Assembly (NCBI GenBank): GCA_009923965.1
Contig: RFSL01000001.1
Coordinates: forward strand, 1 to 30,170
Length of the DNA stretch: 30,170 nt
Source of the DNA: Flavobacteriia bacterium
GTDB lineage: Bacteria > Bacteroidota > Bacteroidia > Flavobacteriales_D > Crocinitomicaceae
Direction: 5' to 3'
Position 1 is the first letter of the stretch. Each line of letters opens with the position of its first letter. Positions 25,755 to 30,170 of this stretch are shown here, one piece after another. The translations under genes and the position numbers were made by a program. Below the pieces are notes generated by a model that did not search any database, was not told the DNA's origin, and saw only the letters and a program-made list of their open reading frames with translations.

Positions 25755-26504
25755 TTGGCAATAAAAACAATATTGGTTTCTCAACCAAAACCTGAAGGAG
25801 AAAAGTCTCCATATTTTGATTTAGCTACTAAGTATAAATTAAAAATAGACTTCCGACCTTTTATCAAGGTTGAGGGTGTTGATGTAAAAGATTTTAGATC
25901 TCAACGAATAAATCTACCTGAGCAAACAGCTATAATTTTTACATCAAAAGTAGCCGTTGATCACTTTTTTCGTATATCCCGAGAGACTCGTTTTGATGTC
26001 CCTGATTCAATGAAATATTTTTGTATTTCTGAAGCTGTTGCTTTGTACCTGCAAAAATATGTAAGTTACCGCAAACGAAAAATATTTTTTGCTAGGCAGA
26101 CAATTTTAGAGCTGTCTGAACTTATGAAAAAACATAAAACAGAAAAATACTTACTTCCTTGTACTGATATTTTACGCGATAATATTCCAGTGACTTTAGA
26201 AGAACAAGGGATTTCCTTTAGCAAAGTAATTCTCTACCGAACTGTAGCTTCTGATCTTTCTGATCTTGAGGATGTATACTATGATATTTTGGTGTTCTTT
26301 AGCCCGGGAGGAATTAAGTCTTTGTTTAAGAATTTCCCTGACTTTAAGCAAAACAATACTGCTATTGCTGCATTTGGTCCAACTACTGCCAGCGCAGTTA
26401 TAAAACACGATTTACGATTAGATGTGCATGCACCACATCCCAAAGCTCCGTCTATGGTTGCAGCTTTGGAATTATTCATTAAAGAGCAGTTAAAGAAGAA
26501 ATAA
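25755..26504 (+). CDS. hemD: Uroporphyrinogen-III synthase (HemD) family protein
   Basis: TTG start; ILVSQPKPE, DFRPFIKVEG, IIFTSKVAVDHFF, YRTVASDL, FFSPGGI and AAFGPTT. Confidence 0.8.
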   Translation: MAIKTILVSQPKPEGEKSPYFDLATKYKLKIDFRPFIKVEGVDVKDFRSQRINLPEQTAIIFTSKVAVDHFFRISRETRFDVPDSMKYFCISEAVALYLQKYVSYRKRKIFFARQTILELSELMKKHKTEKYLLPCTDILRDNIPVTLEEQGISFSKVILYRTVASDLSDLEDVYYDILVFFSPGGIKSLFKNFPDFKQNNTAIAAFGPTTASAVIKHDLRLDVHAPHPKAPSMVAALELFIKEQLKKK

Positions 26505-26520
26505 ATCTCTTTTTAGAGAT
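26505..26520. terminator. Small hairpin between convergent hemD and nrdA
   Basis: ATCTCT-TTTT-AGAGAT; 6-bp stem only, weak. Confidence 0.3.
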
Positions 26521-26529
26521 AAGCTTGTC

Positions 26530-28890
26530 TTATCCAGAACACATTTCACAATTTTCAGGGTCGTCTAGGGAACAAGCAATTGCCGCTTGTTGATCTTCTG
26601 TATCTAAAACTGCTGGTTCAGCAGCGATAGTTTTCTCTACTGTAAATTTAATAGCATCTGTTGCAGCTTTCGTTCTAAGATAATACATGCCTGTTTTTAA
26701 GCCTTTTTCCCAGCCGTAAAAATGCATTGATGTTAATTTCCCAAAATTGGCATTTTCCATGAAAATATTTAAGGATTGACTTTGGCAAATATATGCTCCT
26801 CTATCAGCAGATTGTTCTATAATGGCTTTTTGAGAAATTTCCCAGGCAGTTTTATAAAGGGCTTTTAGATTTTGTGGAACTTCTTTTATATTTTGAACCG
26901 ATCCATTTGCGGTCATAATCTTCTGACGCATATCTTTATTCCATAAACCAGCTTTTACAAGGTCCTTTAATAAGTGTTTGTTTACAATAATAAATTCACC
27001 TGATAATACGCGGCGTGTGTAAATATTTGAAGTATAAGGCTCAAAACACTCATTATTTCCTAAAATTTGAGCTGTAGATGCTGTTGGCATCGGTGCAAGT
27101 AGAAGTGAATTACGAACACCATATTTCTGAACTTCTTCTTTTAATAAGCTCCATTCCCAACGATTGGAAGGAGTTACGCCCCACATATCTGGTTGAAAGA
27201 TACCTTTTGAAACTGGCGATCCTTCGTATGTTGAGTAGGGGCCAAGCTCCTTTGAAAGATCTTTAGAAGCTGTCATGGATGCATAATAGATTGTTTCAAA
27301 TATTTCTTTATTTAATTTTTTGGCATCATCAGATTCAAATGGGAAACCCATTAAAATATAGGTGTCGGCTAACCCTTGAACGCCTAATCCAATTGGTCGA
27401 TGGCGTAAATTTGAATTTTTAGCCGCTTCAACAGGATAGAAATTTTCATCAATGATTTTGTTTAGATTCAAAGTCGCCTGGTAGGTTACCTCGAATAATT
27501 TATCATGATCAAAGGTTTTCTCTTCCGTAACATACTTAGGAAGCGCCAAGGATGCTAAATTACAAACCGCGATTTCGTCTGGAGCAGTATATTCAATAAT
27601 TTCAGTACATAAATTTGAGGATTTGATTGTCCCTAAATTTTGCTGATTTGATTTTGAATTTGCAGCATCTTTGTAGAGCATATAAGGTGTTCCAGTCTCG
27701 ATTTGAGACTCTAAAATTTTAAACCATAAGTCTTGTGCTTTGATAGTTTTTCTTCCTTTTCCTTCTTGCTCGTATTTTGTATATAAAGCAACGAATTCTG
27801 CACTGTGAACATCAGAAAGTCCAGGGCATTCATGCGGACACATCAAGGTCCATTCACCATTTTCTTTTACGCGCTGCATAAATAAGTCTGGAATCCAAAG
27901 AGCAAAAAATAAGTCACGAGCTCGTTGTTCTTCTTTTCCATGATTTTTCTTCAGGTCTAAGAAATCAAATACATCTGCGTGCCATGGCTCAATATACATT
28001 GCAAAGGAACCTTTTCTTTTCCCACCACCTTGATCAACGTAGCGCGCTGTATCATTAAAAACGCGAAGCATTGGAACTATTCCATTTGACGTACCATTTG
28101 TGCCTTTAATATAAGAACCTGTTGCGCGTATATTGTGAATTGAAAGTCCTATTCCTCCTGCTGATTGTGATATTTGAGCGCAAGCTTTAAGCGTTTCGTA
28201 TATACCTTCAATACTATCTTCTTTCATCGTTAGAAGAAAACAAGATGACATTTGAGGTTTGGGAGTTCCTGAATTAAACAAGGTAGGCGTGGCGTGTGTG
28301 AACCAGCCTTCAGACATCAAGTGATACGTTTTTATGGCACTTTCAACATCACTCTTATGAATTCCCAGCGCAACGCGCATCAACATTTGTTGTGGTCGCT
28401 CAGCAATTTTGCCGTTTAATTTCATTAAATAAGAACGCGTTAAAGTTTTAAATCCAAAATAATCATATCTAAAATCTCTATCGTAAATTATACTTGAATC
28501 CAGTGTTTCTTTGTGCTCTTGGATTATATTAAAAACATCATCAGCTAGCAAAGAAGCTTTTTGGTTTGTCTTCGGGTCAATATAATAATACAAATCGCTC
28601 ATTACTTCTGAAAAAGTCTTTTTTGTTTCTTTGTGAAGATTTGAAACGGCAATTCGGGATGCCAATAAAGCGTAATCTGGATGATCTATTGTTTTTGCAG
28701 CGGCAACTTCTGCTGCTAAATTATCTAAGTCGCTAGTAGATACGCCATCGTATATCCCTTCAATGACTTTCATTGCAACAGATTCAGGTGAGACAAGCGG
28801 ATCTAATCCGTAACACATTTTTATAATCCTAGCAGTAATTTTATCAAACTTTACTGCTTCTTTTTTCTCATCTCTCTTTACTACGTACAT
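26530..28890 (-). CDS. nrdA: Class Ia ribonucleoside-diphosphate reductase alpha subunit with ATP cone
   Basis: N-terminal ATP cone, ATPTLFN, QMSSCFL, SNLCTEI (thiyl Cys), [16 protein letters not shown] and C-terminal CEMCSG. Confidence 0.98.
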   Translation of the reverse strand: MYVVKRDEKKEAVKFDKITARIIKMCYGLDPLVSPESVAMKVIEGIYDGVSTSDLDNLAAEVAAAKTIDHPDYALLASRIAVSNLHKETKKTFSEVMSDLYYYIDPKTNQKASLLADDVFNIIQEHKETLDSSIIYDRDFRYDYFGFKTLTRSYLMKLNGKIAERPQQMLMRVALGIHKSDVESAIKTYHLMSEGWFTHATPTLFNSGTPKPQMSSCFLLTMKEDSIEGIYETLKACAQISQSAGGIGLSIHNIRATGSYIKGTNGTSNGIVPMLRVFNDTARYVDQGGGKRKGSFAMYIEPWHADVFDFLDLKKNHGKEEQRARDLFFALWIPDLFMQRVKENGEWTLMCPHECPGLSDVHSAEFVALYTKYEQEGKGRKTIKAQDLWFKILESQIETGTPYMLYKDAANSKSNQQNLGTIKSSNLCTEIIEYTAPDEIAVCNLASLALPKYVTEEKTFDHDKLFEVTYQATLNLNKIIDENFYPVEAAKNSNLRHRPIGLGVQGLADTYILMGFPFESDDAKKLNKEIFETIYYASMTASKDLSKELGPYSTYEGSPVSKGIFQPDMWGVTPSNRWEWSLLKEEVQKYGVRNSLLLAPMPTASTAQILGNNECFEPYTSNIYTRRVLSGEFIIVNKHLLKDLVKAGLWNKDMRQKIMTANGSVQNIKEVPQNLKALYKTAWEISQKAIIEQSADRGAYICQSQSLNIFMENANFGKLTSMHFYGWEKGLKTGMYYLRTKAATDAIKFTVEKTIAAEPAVLDTEDQQAAIACSLDDPENCEMCSG

Positions 28891-28912
28891 ATTCTATTTT
28901 TTTAATTCTAAC

Positions 28913-29890
28913 TTAAAATTCTTCCTCGGTAGAGAATTCCAGATTGCCTTTTCCTGCTAATACACCGGCTTTCTGATATTCCCCAACTCTTTTTTCGAAA
29001 AAATTACTTTTTCCCTGCAACGAAATCATTTCCATAAAATCAAATGGATTTGTAGCATTGTATTCTTTTTCATTACCTAGTTCTGTTAGCAAGCGATCTG
29101 CGACAAACTCTATGTATTGAGTCATTAAGTCGCTATTCATACCAATTAATTTTACAGGAATTGCATCTGTAACAAATTCCTTTTCAATTGTCACAGCATC
29201 CATAATTATTTCTCTAACCTGCTGTTTTGACAACTTATTCACAAGGTGTTTTGTATACAAAAGACAAGCGAAATCACAATGTAACCCTTCATCTCTTGAA
29301 ATTAATTCATTTGAAAAAGAAAGTCCAGGCATTAATCCCCGCTTTTTAAGCCAAAAAATCGAGCAAAAAGAACCTGAAAAGAAAATACCTTCAACAGCAG
29401 CGAATGCAACCAGTCTTTCCGCGTAAGAGCCTTTATCAATCCAACGCAAAGCCCAATCGGCTTTTTTCTTGACGCAATCCATTGTATCAATCGCATTGAA
29501 AAGGTGTTTTTTCTCCGCGGTATCTTTGATATAGGTATCTATCAAAAGTGAGTAGGTTTCAGAATGAATATTTTCAATGGTAATTTGAAAACCATAGAAA
29601 AATTTAGCTTCCGTATACTGTACTTCTGATAAAAAATGCTCGGCTAAATTTTCATTTACAATACCATCAGATGCTGCAAAGAAAGCTAAAACATGTTTAA
29701 CAAAATGCCGTTCATCATTTGTGAGTTTGTTCTCCCAATCTGTTATATCTGCACCAAGATCTATTTCTTCTGCAGTCCAAAAGCTGGCTTCTGCTTTCTT
29801 ATAAAAACTCCAAATATCATCGTGCTGGATTGGAAATAATACAAAGCGACTGTTATTGGACTCTAAAATTGGTTCGTGTTTTGAAGACAT
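28913..29890 (-). CDS. nrdB: Class Ia ribonucleotide reductase beta subunit
   Basis: [47 protein letters not shown] and [11 protein letters not shown]. Confidence 0.98.
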   Translation of the reverse strand: MSSKHEPILESNNSRFVLFPIQHDDIWSFYKKAEASFWTAEEIDLGADITDWENKLTNDERHFVKHVLAFFAASDGIVNENLAEHFLSEVQYTEAKFFYGFQITIENIHSETYSLLIDTYIKDTAEKKHLFNAIDTMDCVKKKADWALRWIDKGSYAERLVAFAAVEGIFFSGSFCSIFWLKKRGLMPGLSFSNELISRDEGLHCDFACLLYTKHLVNKLSKQQVREIIMDAVTIEKEFVTDAIPVKLIGMNSDLMTQYIEFVADRLLTELGNEKEYNATNPFDFMEMISLQGKSNFFEKRVGEYQKAGVLAGKGNLEFSTEEEF

Positions 29891-30118
29891 TATTTTGTTT
29901 TATTTTGTTTTATAAAAATGATAAAAATATCAAAATCAGATTCCTGATTTAAGATTTTAACACCCCAGCACTTGTTTTTGTTTCCTCTTTTTTTGGCTGT
30001 AGAATGAAATTTTTAAGGATTTCACTTAAGTAACAAGAAGCATACAAATTTTGTTAAAAATATTGGTCAAAAAAATTAAAGAAATTAACAAATTTTTAAT
30101 GTTTTCAACACTTATTCT

Positions 30119-30170
30119 TTACATCCTACCTCTACCAATATCTTCAGCGATTATTAACACCTCGAAGAAA
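30119..30170 (-). CDS. Possible 3' end of an upstream gene running off the right edge (unidentified)
   Basis: Open frame ...FFEVLIIAEDIGRGRM* with TAA at 30121-30119; only 16 codons visible. Confidence 0.35.
   Translation of the reverse strand, partial: FFEVLIIAEDIGRGRM

Noticed and set aside
2185-27266. Short antisense or alternative-frame track ORFs (e.g. 2185, 2546, 3130, 4402, 5821, 6764, 7328, 7389, 7950, 8497, 8551, 9245, 10739, 13484, 13912, 17834, 17875, 19400, 23361, 23377, 25009, 26196, 26279, 27078)
   Set aside because: All lie within or largely overlap well-supported genes and show no motifs; these are shadow ORFs.
29949-30047. 32-aa TTG-start uORF containing QPKKEETKTSAGV, reminiscent of the GroES mobile loop
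   Set aside because: Too short, no other GroES features and a weak start; likely coincidence in Lys-rich, A-rich DNA.
1-30170. tRNA, rRNA, riboswitch, sigma-54 (-24/-12) promoter, NrdR box, selenocysteine recoding
   Set aside because: I saw no convincing match by eye. Intergenic spaces are short and the redox ORFs have no in-frame TGA. A covariance-model scan would be needed to exclude small RNAs.

Overview
AT-rich, gene-dense chromosomal window from a Bacteroidota bacterium, probably Flavobacteriales (Crocinitomicaceae/Fluviicola-like; the taxon is an inference). Support: T9SS type A and type B C-terminal domains, repeated TAnnTTTG -7 promoter elements, A-rich leaders without Shine-Dalgarno motifs, and signal peptides cleaved before Gln. 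Most of it is core genome: sufA/iscA-sufB-sufC-sufD (sufD runs off the left edge and is missing from the ORF track), msrA plus a SOUL heme-binding gene, an operon of redoxin, T9SS Lys-C-like protease, hemW, dCMP deaminase and S41 peptidase, an ECF sigma with a coupled partner, a DAGK-family kinase, tlpA-DUF6029-omp28, an rpoN operon, an acyl-CoA dehydrogenase, DUF4271-hemD and class Ia nrdBA. Three things stand out. (1) The ECF partner looks like a membrane-anchored anti-sigma ending in a T9SS type-B sorting domain, a possible secretion-coupled signalling device; an ECF-type promoter lies upstream of the sigma gene. (2) A 1066-bp HepT/MntA toxin-antitoxin islet is bounded by perfect 64-bp direct repeats that duplicate the 3' end of the DAGK gene, with no integrase in the window. 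(3) The tlpA-DUF6029-omp28 trio carries a Cys pair on each protein and may be a thiol relay across the outer membrane. A Flavobacteriia-type Fur box precedes the suf operon. No rRNA, tRNA, CRISPR array or transposase was seen. All family calls come from motif recognition, not database searches.
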